Shown here: one piece after another, positions 36,451 through 49,400 of the stretch
Layout: every line of letters starts with the position of its first letter
How positions within the stretch are numbered: the first letter of the stretch is position 1
Source: Raillietiella orientalis
Taxonomy: Eukaryota
Assembly (NCBI GenBank): GCA_036172245.1
Contig: JAYWIR010000086.1
Coordinates: 1-64,000, forward strand
Length of the DNA stretch: 64,000 bases
Reading direction: 5' to 3'
Translations under genes and position numbers: made by a program
Notes under the pieces: model-generated
Seen by the model: the letters and a program-made list of their open reading frames with translations, nothing else
Databases searched by the model: none
What the model was told of the DNA's origin: nothing

Positions 36451-39314
36451 ATCCCATCCCGTGCCCCTCGCCAAGTCACTTTATCCATATTTTGTCTGCC
36501 ACCCTCCCCGGTCCGCGCATCGACTTCCCGGAAGGTTCTTCATTGTCTGGACGTGGTGCGGCCGATGGCCGTTCCACCTCTGTGTGTTTATTTTTGATAG
36601 ACGAACGCCCGGCGAACCTGGACGGAAATCCGCTGTTGACCAACGAGTGCTTCAGGCAGTTTGCAGTGGGACCGGCGCGGCGCCTGGCAGAGAAAGGGTT
36701 GCGTCCGACTGCCCAGGAGCTCGCGGGCTGGGCAAGAAAGACTCCGCGAGCCGCAGGCTATCAGCGTCTGCTCCACACTCGCGTGTGCATGTGGTCAAAC
36801 CCGATGTGTTTGGTCGATGATGGTGGTGGAGTCTGCGAATCCACTCGCATCGCGCGGCACCACGTGTTGGATGGAATCACGTGACGTATGGAATCACGAA
36901 TCCGCGTGCGACTCCACAGGAATCCCTTGCACGAATTTTTTTATAGCCGGCAGTCATGACGTCATGAACTGTGGCACCGCCCGTGCGCGAAGCGCGAGGC
37001 GGTGACTCTGGTCCATCAGTTTTCCAGATCGCCAGTGCGATGTTCCCGGTTGGGAGCCACTCTCCTTCCTGCTTCCGGACTTTTTTTGTTCCTTTCTTTT
37101 TTTTCCGAGTAGGAACCCAGCAACCCGGCGACGAAGCAACGGGATGCGACTCCGCCCGGATTATCGCATGCTCCCATGGACCCGCTCCGGAGGCGTCGGC
37201 ACGGGTGAACAAGTTCTGCGGAGGCAGGAAGGAGAGACAGCGTCGACGGGGGATTGGAATCGGGATTGGGAGAAGGACGCTGCCGCAGAGGAAGGGAGCG
37301 AGAAGCCGCTCCGACTTTGGAAGGTGGGGTCTTCCCTTTTTTTTTTGGGTTCTCATGGGATGCCGAAGAACCGTCCGCCTCCCTAGTACCACGATGCTCT
37401 TCTTTCACACGGTCCACGTTACCTGGGAGTGCGTGTGACTCTTCGAGTCAGGGAGTGCACCGGGAAGGGAAACCACCCTATGAAGACAGGAAGGGTTTGG
37501 AGGAAGGAGTCCGTTCCTCTCTTGTTCTTGGGAGGGAACTCCCAAGGGAACCGCCTCTTCCGCATTCTATCCGGAAGGGGGCGCTCCTGGTTTCCTCGGA
37601 GAAGGAGAATCCCCCGAAGGGACACTTCCCCGAAGGGAGCAGTGCACTTCTGGCGCTCCGGAGAGGCACCATCAATCCACAAGTTCCGTGGCACGAGACG
37701 ATGGGGATCCCTTCGGGAGGAGAGGACGGCTCCATTTTCGCGACCGAAGGGGGGAACCCTGAAGGGATCCTTGGTGTCCTGGAAGGATCCTGGAGTTGAC
37801 TTCCAATCCCTGCTGGTCAGTGGGGTCGTCCAACTTCCACCAGTGTCGCCTCACCCGAGTAGGCTAACCAGCGCCATCCTGAGGGGGGGAGGGGAAATCG
37901 AAACCCGCGGCGCAACCCCTGTTCTCGGCGTACACCCTCCTCACCCCCCCCCCCCCCCGGGTGGGATTCGAACCCGCGACGCTTGGCGTCGCGCAGCCGC
38001 GCGCGGAGGCCACCGTCACGGGCAAGGTCGCCCCGTGGGAAGAATAAAAAGCCAGTCCTCATCTCGCGCCTCCCCCTTTTCACGTGACGGTTGCCTGCGG
38101 CGGCGGCGGACCAGAAGTTAGCATGGCAGCGGTTCGGGGATTGGTGGCGGACAAAGTCCGGCAAGACTGGAGGGAAGAGCAGCAGCACTGCGGTAGAGAC
38201 CGAAAGAAGCCTTGGAGAGTATACCCGAGGTCCCCTTTCCTCCCCTCAATTCCCTCCCCCTTTTGTCCTCTTCCCATCACTCCCTCCTTCCCCGAAGAAA
38301 GGAAGCCACCGAGTGATTCCTCCTCGTCCGTCAGGGAGGCAGGGGGGAAGGTGATCCACCGAGAGAGAGAAAGGGAAGGAAAGAGACGAGGAAGTGCGGA
38401 AGTCCACTGTGAACAATCCTTCCTTTTTTATTGCTTTCCTGGAGGAGAGGGTCCGTCGCCTTTCTCGCTCTCGCACTTTCCCACCAGCCAGTAGGTCAGA
38501 TGTCTCCCCTTCCCCTGGAAGAGAGTTAGAGGTCACGCATCCGTCCCCGACGCCGCGGGTGGAGCGAGGAAAGAAGAGGCGGGGTTTGTCCATCCCTTTG
38601 TCCAGAGTCCCAGGAGACTCTGAAAGCAGCAGGAAAGGCACCGACTCGGTTCGTGGCAGGGGGGGGGGGCTGGTGAGGTGGGGAGGCGAGGGACTTTCAG
38701 GGGGTTCGTGGAAAGAACCAAGGTCTCCAGGGAGACGGCTGGCAAGGCGGAGAGGTGGAAGGCAGAAGATCGAGAGAAGGTCTTACGGGATCACCGGTCT
38801 CTCTCGTGAGGGACAGAGGGAGGACGGCTCGAAGGAGGGACGGGATGGTTAGGGAGGAGGAGGGAAGGAAGGGGAGCGACGCCGCACCATCAACAGAAAC
38901 ACGTGTTTTTGGTCAAAGGGCATCGTCGGGGCTCTCCTGGTTCGCGCTCCTCGCTTTCTGCGTTCAGGGACAACAGCCCCTGTGGTGCCCGATCCTCCAT
39001 CATTAGCCATCCCGCGTTCTTCCCTCGGCAGGCGGCTCAGCCCGCCTCCTGCGCGAGGCCTTGTTCCCTTTGGCCGTCGTCGCTGGGTTTACTTAGCGTG
39101 CCAATCTCCTTGACAAGGATGCACCTACGCGCGCTCGCGGGGATGTGGATACGGCTGGCCGCTGGCGCGGATGTACAACGCCTCCATTCCAGAGCGCGAT
39201 CGCTATGCCGGAGCTCTTGCGCTCGCAGGTTCCTCCACTATGTGTCAAGGACCCGCAGGTGGGTTGCATCCAGCATCGACGTTCTGGTGGTTGCGTGAGC
39301 CTACTGCCGGGGAG

Positions 39315-42300
39315 TCATGTGGAACGGGACGAGCTCCAGTGGAGCCTCTGCATCCTCTGGCCTCGCCCCTGCGGGACCACCGGATGGACTGTCCTGAGGG
39401 AAGAGGACTGGGATACCCCACTCCTTTTCCAGGACGAGGGATTGGCCTCATGAAAAGGAACATCTTGCCACCACCGCGCCGGGTCTCCATCCCACCTTAT
39501 GGCCCTTAGGGAGGAGCTTCCAGGAGCGTCTCTGAGCTCTTCTTCCTATGGATCTTACTCCTTGGTTAGGGTCCAGAATGAGGTTGGAAGGGATCAGCCC
39601 CCTCCTGCAGCCAGGGGGGTCGCCTGCCGACTGCTGGTGGGTGCAACTGAGAGGTGGAGAGCAGAAGTTCTGGGCATCCGCACCTCCTCCTCCTCCCCGG
39701 CAAGTACTTCTCCAGGGAAAATGGCACACCGGAAAACCGTGACCTGCAGATCCGGAGGAGGAGGTTGGATTGGCGGCAATGCGTAGGGTGAAGGGGTTGA
39801 GAGCTGGCGGGTGGAAGATCTGCTCGTCCCTCTTGACCTCCCGGTCTCATCCTACCTTCAGGTCACAGATTCCCCTCTCCTTGATCAGAAATCCACCGAG
39901 GGAGGTCAGCGCGTCCTTGGTCTCCTTGCTGATGTGGATCTTCATCGCTAGAGGAGGGCAAGCGTGATTGCGAAAGGGCAAGGGAGGAAGGAGAAGAGAA
40001 GAGAAGAGAGAAGGGCCGGTCGTAGGATACTCACGTTCTCCGGAACTCTCGAGCCGGGAGGCCATGTTGACCGTGTCGCCGAAGAGGCAGTAGCGCGGCA
40101 TCTTGGTACCGACCACGCCGGCCACGCATGGGCCCGTATGCAGCCCCACGCGGATCTGCAGCTTCTCATTGGGGCGGAAGGGGATCTTGAAGTTCTCGAT
40201 GACGGCCAGGAACTCCAGGGACATGTTGGCGATCTCCTTGGCGTGCTGCTTCCCTGCGGGAGCGCCAGCGTGCAGGGGCAGAGACGCTCTCCTTCCGCAC
40301 GGGAGAAGCGCGCGCGCGCGGTGGGGGGGGGGGGGGAGAAAGGAGTTCTTTCCCTTCTCCCCCCCTTCTTCTCTTCTCCCTCTGGGAGGGAGGGAGGAAG
40401 GGGAGGAGGAGGAGGTAAGGGATCTGTACCGTTTCTTTCCGGGATGCCTGACACCACCATGTACGCGTCCCCGATCGTCTCCACCTTGTACACGTCGTAC
40501 TTCTCGATCTTGGAATCGAATAGCCGGTAGAGGGAGTTCAGCAGAGAGACTACCTGGCAGAGGGAGACCCTGCTTAGAGCCCCTCCCCTTCCCTTTCGGA
40601 GTGAGTCGGGAGGAAGAAGGGAGGAGGAGCACGATGGAAGGGTGAACGTCCCTCCAGAATTCTGTCCTCGCCCCTGCGAGGCGGTTCCGGGGACAAGGAA
40701 GGGCGTGGATCCTTCGTCTTTCCCTCCTCCCCCTTTCCCACTCCCGCTTTCCCCTCTCACCTGCATCGGCGTGCTCGACGCGCACAGGTGCGTGAACATG
40801 ACGATGTCGCTGAAGAAGACGGTGGCCTCCTCGAAGCTCTCCGCGGGCACCTTCGGGTCAGCGACGGCGACGAGACAAGAAGGAGGAAAGTGAGGAGAAA
40901 GAGAAGAAGGGGGAGGAGACCGATCCTGACCAGAAGGGGCGGTGCTACGGAGGGCTCATCACGTTCCCAGCACGGCCACCGGGAGAGAGGGGACGCCGCG
41001 CTCCGTATGGTCCCCCTCCGTCTGCTCCACAGAGCGCTAGCGGAGGGAGACCGTCAGCAACGAACGCCAGTGGCAGAGGAGGGTCCCTGCACACTTCAGT
41101 GCAGTGCCTCGCTGCCGATTCTGGTGTGACGAACAGGGGCGCGGTGGAAGCGCCATCGGCCTTACTCCTCTCTTCTGTCCCCCCTCCGCCGGTCGCTGTT
41201 GCCCAGGCACGCGCCTCGCTGACCTCCCTCGCACCCTGCAGCTTTCCTTCCAGGGAATCGGACTTGCTCTCCTCCGGCATCGCCCAAGCGCAGGGAAGGG
41301 GAGAGGGGCTGTTGAACGCCCCGGTCGCTTGGGTCTCCCACCCTGGAGGAAGGGAGACCCGTCCTGCCCTCACGGCAGGTGGACCGAAAGCAACGTTCAG
41401 GCACGCCGGAAGCAGGGCCGAGCTCGGCAACCGCGACCCCAGCGACCTTCCCGAGAAAGTCGCCCGCGAGCCGTGCGGTTAAAACTCTTGGTCCTCGATG
41501 ACCCGCCCGCAGCCATCCCCCGCCGCGAGACGGCTGCGGGCGGCGTGGCGCTCTTCCTGGTCTCTCGCCACAGAACTTTTCCCCACCGCCTCCTCTTCGT
41601 GGTCGTCCCTTGGGAAGGGGGAGGACTAAGCGCCGCTCACCTGCTTCTGCTGCTTCAGCTGGTGCGCGATCTTCTCTGGCAGGATCTGGTGCAGGAGGTT
41701 GTCCGCCCGCTGCTTCTCCTTCCTCAGCTCGATAGTCTTCATCTGGATGCGCGTCGAGAACATCTCCGGAAAAGAAAATGAACCGGGAGTCGGGAAGCGA
41801 TCTGGCTCTCGCCAGCTACCGCGGAGGGGAAGAAGGAGGAAGAGAGGGGAAAGCCGCGGGAGGCAAACTTCGAACGGACATCTCCAGGGGGCAGGGTGGA
41901 AGCCGCGACCTCTTTCTCCTCCTTGCACCCCTCCCGCACCAGGGGACCGGCAGGATGGGAAGGATCTCCTTTCTCCCGGAAGGCCGCTCCACCGTCCCTC
42001 TTTCGGTCGGGCAAACCATGACCTCCGCCCCCCCCCCCCTCCTGCCCGTGTCGGCAGCCGCGCGGCTGCGATAGCGTCCGCACCGGGCATCGCGGGCTCG
42101 AATACCGTCTGAGGGAGTGGGAAGGGGTCGTCGCCGAGAGAACGTGGCTTTGCGCGCGCCATGGGTTTGGGTTCCCTCCCCTCAAGATGACGACGCTGGT
42201 CGGCCTTTTCGGCGGCGGCACTACTGGAAGCCCCAAATCCCCCACTGACCGACCTCTGGGATTGGAAAGGGGTCCTTCCGGAAACCAAGGAGCACCGGTT

Positions 42301-45300
42301 CCCTTCGGAGTTTCCCTCCGGTCATGACAATGGTCGTTCCCCCTACCCCTCGGGGGACAGCCCTCCATCGCGCACCATAGATCTGGTTGCTACCTCCCAC
42401 GAGGACTGCCCCGCCAGTGTCCAAGAAGCGCGCTGCTCCCTTCGGGAAACCTTTAGGGGAAATCGGGGAGCGTCCTTTCGGGGAGTTCTCTTTGGAGAAG
42501 GAAAAAGCAGGGATTGGCTTTTATAAACCTAGGGATTCCTCAGGAGAGAGCAAGGAATAAGCGGTTCTCTTTCGGGATCCCTTCCAAGGGCAAGAGAAGA
42601 GCGGGCCCCTTCCTCCCTTCTCCAGAGCCCTTTGCTGGATTCATGGGGCATCCCCCGTCCCGAGGCACCTCCTATAACTTGAAGGGTGACTGCACGCACC
42701 CGAGGGTGGTATGGATAGCGCTGAAGATCTGGGTGAGCCTCCGGGCGCGCGGAGGGTCTTGGGGTGCTCGGCGAACTTTCTGTCGGTCATCCCTCCTTCC
42801 TCCCCCTAGAGGCCCGACAGGGGACGCTCTTCCCCGGGGAAACCAAAGTGCGCACGCACTCCCTCCTGAGGAAGGATGCGGCTGGCAGAAGAGGAGGAGG
42901 AAGGAAGACACGGTGTCTCGGACGGACAGAAGAGAGGGCAAAGGCGGTCACATGGAGGGTCACATGAGCCCTCTGACGAGCCGATCGTAGCAGAACGGAG
43001 AAGGGAACGTCCTCCCTCTCCCCCCATCCTTCTCGACGTGGCTCCCAGAAGAGACTCCGTGGAAGAGGCACGCCGTCCTTGCCCTTCCGCCAGTCATGAC
43101 CCTTCCCGAAGACGGAGTCCCGCTAGGGACGGGAAGGACGTGCTCACCTGGACCGTGACGGTCATCTTGTGCGACAGGAAGATGATAATGCTTGAGAGGC
43201 CGAGGACGGCGAGGATGAGGAGGATGGAGTTCAGCTTGTTGACGAACGCCTTGTCGATGATGGCGTCCAGCTCGTTTCTGCAAGACGGAACAGGTGGGGG
43301 AGGGTCCCCCTCTGCTATCTTTGGAAGGGATGGGGGCAGGAGGGATGGAGATCCTGCAGGGCGAGGGACTACCACTCCCTCTATCCACCCTCTCCTATAT
43401 CCTCCTCTGAGGGAAGGGGCGGAGGCTCCGGAGAGGGAGAGGTGGACAAGAGACCTCCGGCTTCCGTCTCCTCCTCTCCCGGTTTCGTCCGCGGCCCTTC
43501 AGCCGGCAGCCGAGGGAACGCATGGGAACCTTCTGGGGGGAAAGACCACCAGGAGGAAAGAAAGGACACACAGTCAGCTCCGGCGGAGCCACCGAGAGGA
43601 CAGAGAGGGAAGGAGGAGAGGGAGGGGGTTGCCCAGGAGACGCCCTCACCGCCTACCGACCTGATCTCCCCGTACACGACCTCCAGAGCGTCTCTCAGCT
43701 GCTGCTTGTACTCCGTCTTCAGCATGTAGTACTCCGTGATGTTGATCTGCTTGTCCTTTTGCCCGTAGTCGCTATACATCGCCTCCAGGAACCTGGAAGA
43801 AAGGGCCTTCAGGCGCGGGAAGAACAGGGAATGTATCCTGGTGGAAGGAAGGGATGCTTCCTTTCCTCTCCTCCCTTTCGCCATGCCTTTTGTCACTCCA
43901 AAATAAGCCGAGCAGAGTTGAGTGCCCACAGTTGCAGCGCTCTCCTCCCCTTATCTTTTTCCTTCTCCCTTCCTTCTCCTTGCTCCTTTTCTCCCTCACT
44001 TCCTCCTCCTTTTCTTCCCTTTGTCTCCCCTCCTTCGTATTCCTCCTCCTCCTCTCCTTCTTTGTTTTCCTTCTTCCTCCTTCTTTCTTTCTCCCTTCCT
44101 TCTTTTCTCCTCCTTCTTTCCTTTTTCCTCCTTTCCTTCTTCTTCCTTCTCTTCTTTCTTCCTCCACCTCTTCTCCTTCTTTTCCTCCTTCTCTTCTTCC
44201 TCCTCCTTCCTTTCTTCCTTCCCTTTTCCTCCTTCCTTCTTCCCTCGCTCAGCCTTTTTTTTGCTCCTTCCTCTAGGTGTTCATCCGGAGGTGAAGAGGC
44301 AGAGACGCAGCCGCGTTTGCTGCGCGCAGAAGTGCGGCTGCTTGGCCTCCGCCAACCGCGGCAACCGTGTTTTTTGACTGCTGATCGACCCAGAGGCCGA
44401 TCCCTCTCCCCTGGTCTTGCTTTTTTTGGAAGTTGGTCCATTCTTCTCCACCAGACGTCCCTTGAAAGAACCTCGACTGTATCCCAAAGCTCTTCCCGGA
44501 TAGCCTGCATCTGCTTGAGGGTCCTGGACCGCGCCCCCTGCGATCTGATTTGAGGCGACCGGGGGAGCGAGGTCGAAGAACTCTGTCCGTCCGCTGCCTT
44601 CACCGAACTTGACCCCTGCCCGACGGCGGGTCTTCACAGCCCGGTGACTCTCCAGTCTCCTTCCATCTCGCTTCAGCATCCTTCCTCCAGAGTCCTCCCC
44701 TTTCGGAGGAAAAACCTCCTCCTTGCGCGCGCTATCCCGGGTCATGAGCTGCTACGCAGGAGGAGCCCCGTGGCTCAGGGCTGCCGTTCGACGAGCGCAG
44801 CCGTTGGACCAAGCGTCACGCCCTGGAAGGTTTCCCGGAGATCGCGTCGCCTCCGGGGTCGCCGCTCACCCGCGTGATCCACCCGCCGCAGACTACGCGA
44901 GTGGTCCGCTATCTCTCAGAGCGCTTTGCTCTTCCTCCGAGGCGGGAGAGGCAGACGGGTGGTGACCCCCCTGCTTTTTTCCCCCTTTCCTCCCACAGGC
45001 GTGGGTGGCTGACCCCGACCTGAGCTTCCTGGCGGTGATCTGGGACTGGCTGAGGATCTCCTGGATCTTCTCCTTAGACTCTGGGATGATGTGGAAGGAG
45101 TCGTTGATGTACGTCTCCGCGATGGCCTCGTAGTGGGCGAAGGTGGTCAGCACCTTGTGGCGGATGGTGCCCCTGCCCAGAAAGCTGAGCCCGTACACCA
45201 GGGAGATGCCGATGTTCTCGATGCCTCGGATGAGTGTTTTGTGTACGTCCAGCAGTCTGGAAGGGTTGTGGAGTGAGGGAGGGGAGGGAGGGACGGCGGT

Positions 45301-46463
45301 ACTCTCACCTGATGATCTTGACGTTGCTGTTCCCGGTGATCTGCACGTTCAGTTCCTCCATGAGGAACGAATTGACTAGGATGTACATCTCGATCTTGGC
45401 GAACACTGTCTCGTCGTCCTTCTCGATATTGCCCGTCCTCTTGAAGCCGGACAGCATCGCCCTGAGGGAGGGACCGACCAGGGAGGAGGGCCAACCTTGA
45501 CCCCGAGCGCCCTTCCGCGCGCACCCGGGGAGAGAACCAGGGACCCCTCGGAGGGTCTCGAGGACCTACTGAGGCTTTCGGCATCAGCAGGGGGTCCTCC
45601 GCCGACCCATCGGAGGAGTGCGGATCTTCCCCGGGAGGAGCGAGGGGAAGGACGACCCGGAAGCGCACCTGAAGTCCTCGATCTTGATCCGGAAGCGCAG
45701 CTTGGACTCCAGGAAGCTCCTGGCGAAGCTGTTCCCAGCCAGCCTGCTCGTGGACCAGCTGGGCCATGTCTGCAGGTCCTCGATTGCCTCGTCCGTGTCC
45801 TGGAAGCGCTCCTCCAGGTCCAGTCTGAGGGAGGGAAGAAGGGGGAGAGAGAAGGAGGAGTCGAGGAGGGGAGAGAGGAACCTGCTTTAAAGTCCCGTTG
45901 CCCCGGGCCCAGAGGGTGTACGCGATGTCGGAGCGCTCGCGCTGTAGGTTGGTCAGGAGGATGCCGTACTGCACGGCGGACTCTATCTGGGGGAGAAGAA
46001 GAGGAAGAGGAGGAGATGGGGAGCGCGCGTGTAGGTGCCTCACCCGTTGGGACACCTCGTACATCTCCTGCTCCGTGAGCGCGGCCATGACCACGGTGTA
46101 GCAGCTCTTCCCCATCAGGATGACGATGGGGATCAGAGGCAGGCAGATCATCTGGTACAGCTGCATCCTCCTGGCGGTGCTTGAGTTCTCCCAGTTGAAG
46201 CAGAGGTTCCAGAACTGCCGCACTGCAACAACGGCAGTCAGGCCAGACCGCTCTTCTCGGAAAAGCAGGGGTCAAACCGTCCCCGCCGCTCTCGGGAACG
46301 GGAGCGCATGAAACTCACGCGACAGCGCCGGCGACTCCCAGAAGGTCGTCTCCTTGGAGCTCTTTATGGAAGGCGGCTGGTCGTCTTCGGCGTCCTTCGG
46401 CGTGGAGCGCGGCATCAGGGAAGTCGACTTGGCACCGGCAGCGGTCCAAGTCAGTGGCGGCGG
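39315..46463 (-). CDS. NIT-domain transmembrane guanylate cyclase (NIT-GC), multi-exon; 5' end and last exon uncertain
   Basis: TM1 [17 protein letters not shown]-like [16 protein letters not shown]...[17 protein letters not shown]2 [18 protein letters not shown]; signalling helix [26 protein letters not shown]; cyclase [62 protein letters not shown]. Tentative last exon 39315-39368 ([11 protein letters not shown]); possible extra exon 44472-44544. Confidence 0.9.
43945..44272. repeat. Long polypyrimidine (CTT/CCT-type) low-complexity tract in a NIT-GC intron
   Basis: About 330 bp almost entirely C/T on +; similar tracts at 48290-48400 and, purine-rich on +, 50610-50750. Confidence 0.9.
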
Positions 46464-49400
46464 CTGGAAGCAGGAACACCCGAGATCGAGCGGGAGAGCG
46501 GGAGACCTTCGGGAAAACAGGTGGCTGGGACCTCGCAAGTCCTCCGACGAGGAAGGGGGAAATTGGCACCCGAGGAGATTCACTGGACTCGGCCTGCCCC
46601 TGCGGAATGTGAACTTTCCTACCCCCCTTTCTCTCTCTCCCTTCCCCCTCTTCCTCCTCGGGATCGACGTCCTCTGGAGACATCCGAGTCGGCCTCAGGG
46701 CTTTTTTCTTTTTTCCCCTTTTCCGCTGCACTTCTGGGGTAGCGAGGCGGCCTGGGAGATAGGGAAAGATGACCCGGGGATGCGTTCTGCGAGTGCTCAA
46801 TACTCCCGACTGGAAAGATCCCGCGTTCTGTGCTTTTTTCCCTCTCGACGTCTCCGTCTCCGGAGGCGGTCAGCTGCCCTCGCCTCCGTCCCCCCCCTCC
46901 TACATCCTTCGTGCTGCAGGTAACCGCTCGGCAAGGACAGCTGGACAAGGAAAGCTGGAGGTCGCGGGACGGAAGCATATCTCGCAACCTTTTGCTCGGC
47001 GAGGAGTCAGGGCTGCCTCGGGGTGATTTCGTCCTCAGGGGATACGCAGGGGTGCGGCAGCTCCGCCGGGATAGTCAGGGAGCTCGATCGTTCCCGGTCC
47101 CCTAAAGCTTCCAAGAGACGCCACGAGGTGTCCATCGCCTTGACCTCTTGCCTACACTCCACGTGACTCTCTCTCTGTTCCTGGAAGCGAAGGAGCCTCG
47201 AGAGAGGAGGGGGCTGCTCGGCGACTTCACCCTCGAGTCGCCCGCTGTCTCCGTGACAGGAGGGCCCGGAGGGCGATTAGGGAGGAGGGGAGAGATGAGT
47301 CAGTCGCTCGCGTCCCCAGAAGGTGAAGGCAGGAGGCACTCCGGAGAAGGGAAGCACTCAGAGGAATAGGGGAGGGAAAACGACCCCCGACTACCTGGTC
47401 TTCTCTCCCGAGATGGGAGGACGAGTCGGTTGCAGGGGACTTCGCGGGAGAGTGCAGACTTCAAAAGGTCGCGACGCCGAGGAGACGTGGACCTGGACTT
47501 GGTGGTCAGTGGTGCGCTCTTCGTCTGCTGGAGTTATCATCAGGAGGTCATCAGAGAGAAATGTGTCACTGCCACCACTCCCGGCAACATCTTCAGGAAG
47601 GCATCACCCTTCTCCCCGTCCCCTTCCCTCGAAACAGCAGCTTTCGGCTCGACACTGCCGACGCGGACACCGAGGGGGAGATTTCATACACGAGATGAAA
47701 GATCGGAGGACAGGCTGAGGTCATCCTGTTCGCAAGACCCTCTCTAGCTGTGCCATCCCCCGTGGGAGCTTTGCGCGTCGCCAGAGACCAGTGTGCCCCG
47801 CACGCACCCACGGAGCTCCAGAGTGTGAGAGCGGCTCCGCGCGGGCGTCCCAAGCCCGCCCGTTTCTACAGCAACCAGCTTCCGGGACTCCGAGTCGGAA
47901 GCCGGCGTTTCCATCGGGAAGGCTCCGCCATCTCGGGAACTCCTCCTTCTCGAATGATGCGGAGGCAGGGAGCCATCTTCCGACCGCCGTCCTCCCTCGC
48001 ATCCTCCCAAAGGGACTCTTGGCACCCCGCGTAGAAGACCTCAGAGGGAAGATCGGCCACCTCTCGAAGAGGGAAGTCGGAAAGGGGAGGGGGACGAGTC
48101 CCCGCATGCAGGTTCACTCGGGAAGGAAGATGCCGTGTGGAAACATCAGGAAACCATAGGAGCGGCACCCTCCTGCTCCTGAGTCTTACGCTGCGATCCC
48201 GGCGGCTGGGAACCCCGGCTTGAGATTCCGGGACCATCGCGAGCGTGGGCGCACGTCTCGCTTCAGCCCCCTTTCGGATTTGAAGAAGCCTTCCTCTCTT
48301 CCTCCTCCTCCCTTCCTCCTCCTCCCTTCCTCCTCCTCCCTTCCTCTTCCTTTCCTTCCCTCCATTCCTCTTCTTCCTCTTCCCTTCCACTTTTACCTCC
48401 CCGGTGGCGATCCTCGGTCTGGATGCGGGCACAGTCAACATGGTCAGTCCCTCCACCTCCCTCCTCCCTCCTCTTTCTCCTTCTCCGCCGCCACCGCTGC
48501 CGCGCAGGGACGACGAAGGGTGCGATGTGCGCGAAGGGTGCAATGTGATGCTCGTCGCCTCCGAGCTCCGCCGTCGGCATGGGAACCGCGCGCTCCTGCC
48601 GCCTCCTGTGGTCATCTTTTTCGAGCGGCGACACTACGGCAGGGGAGGTTCCTGCATGTCTGAGTGCACCCCACTTCTGGAATACAAAATTCGGGAAAAT
48701 GGGAGGATAACCGGTTCCGTGTCTGTAAACAACGCTACCTCTGCTCCCATCCCCTCCATCTTCCCTGAAAGAGAGCACGCCCACGTACTCCGGGTATGGA
48801 GGCCTCCTGCATTATGGAGGTGCAGTGGCAGTGGGGTAGTAGCGCTGGACGCCTTAAGAGCGCCGATTAGTCCCGAGCGAAGTTTCCTCCGGGGAGGAGG
48901 AAGATCCAGAGGGCGAGGGGGAGGGGGCACAGGAGGATGGAGGATGCTTAGTGTCCTCATTCGAGGCGCCGGCGTTGTCCCCCTCCTCGCCCCGGGGATG
49001 GCGGAGTCAGAGTCGAACGGGAAACCTGGCAACTCCACCTCCCCGAGAGGGCGACGCGCCGTGCTCTGTGGCCTTCTGGCCTGCTTGGAGGTCCGTCGCT
49101 GCTTCCTGGTGGCGCTCCTGTTGCGAGAGAAGATGAAACGCACCCGCGCATAGCCGTCCTGCTGCTTCGGTCCTCCTCCCTGGCGACGACCCTCTCGTGG
49201 CGTCGTCGCCACGCTGTAGCTACTGTCGGATGCCCTCGTAACCTCCGCACGCTCGGCCGTGAGAACGGTAGCCAAGAGGCCTCGTACTGCCGAGGGAGGC
49301 CGCAAAAAAAACTGGCCGGGACGCCGTCCGTCACCCTCCGACTCCTGATCTCCCTCTCCCTCGCCTCAACGCTCAAGGGAAATTGGGATAGGGAAAATTT

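Noticed and set aside
44473..44544. GG-donor exon in NIT-GC
   Set aside because: A canonical GAG|GT donor with an upstream AAG acceptor also keeps the frame, so a GG donor is not required.
43522..44553. 343-aa and overlapping ORFs
   Set aside because: Artefacts of the stop-free polypyrimidine tract in an intron.
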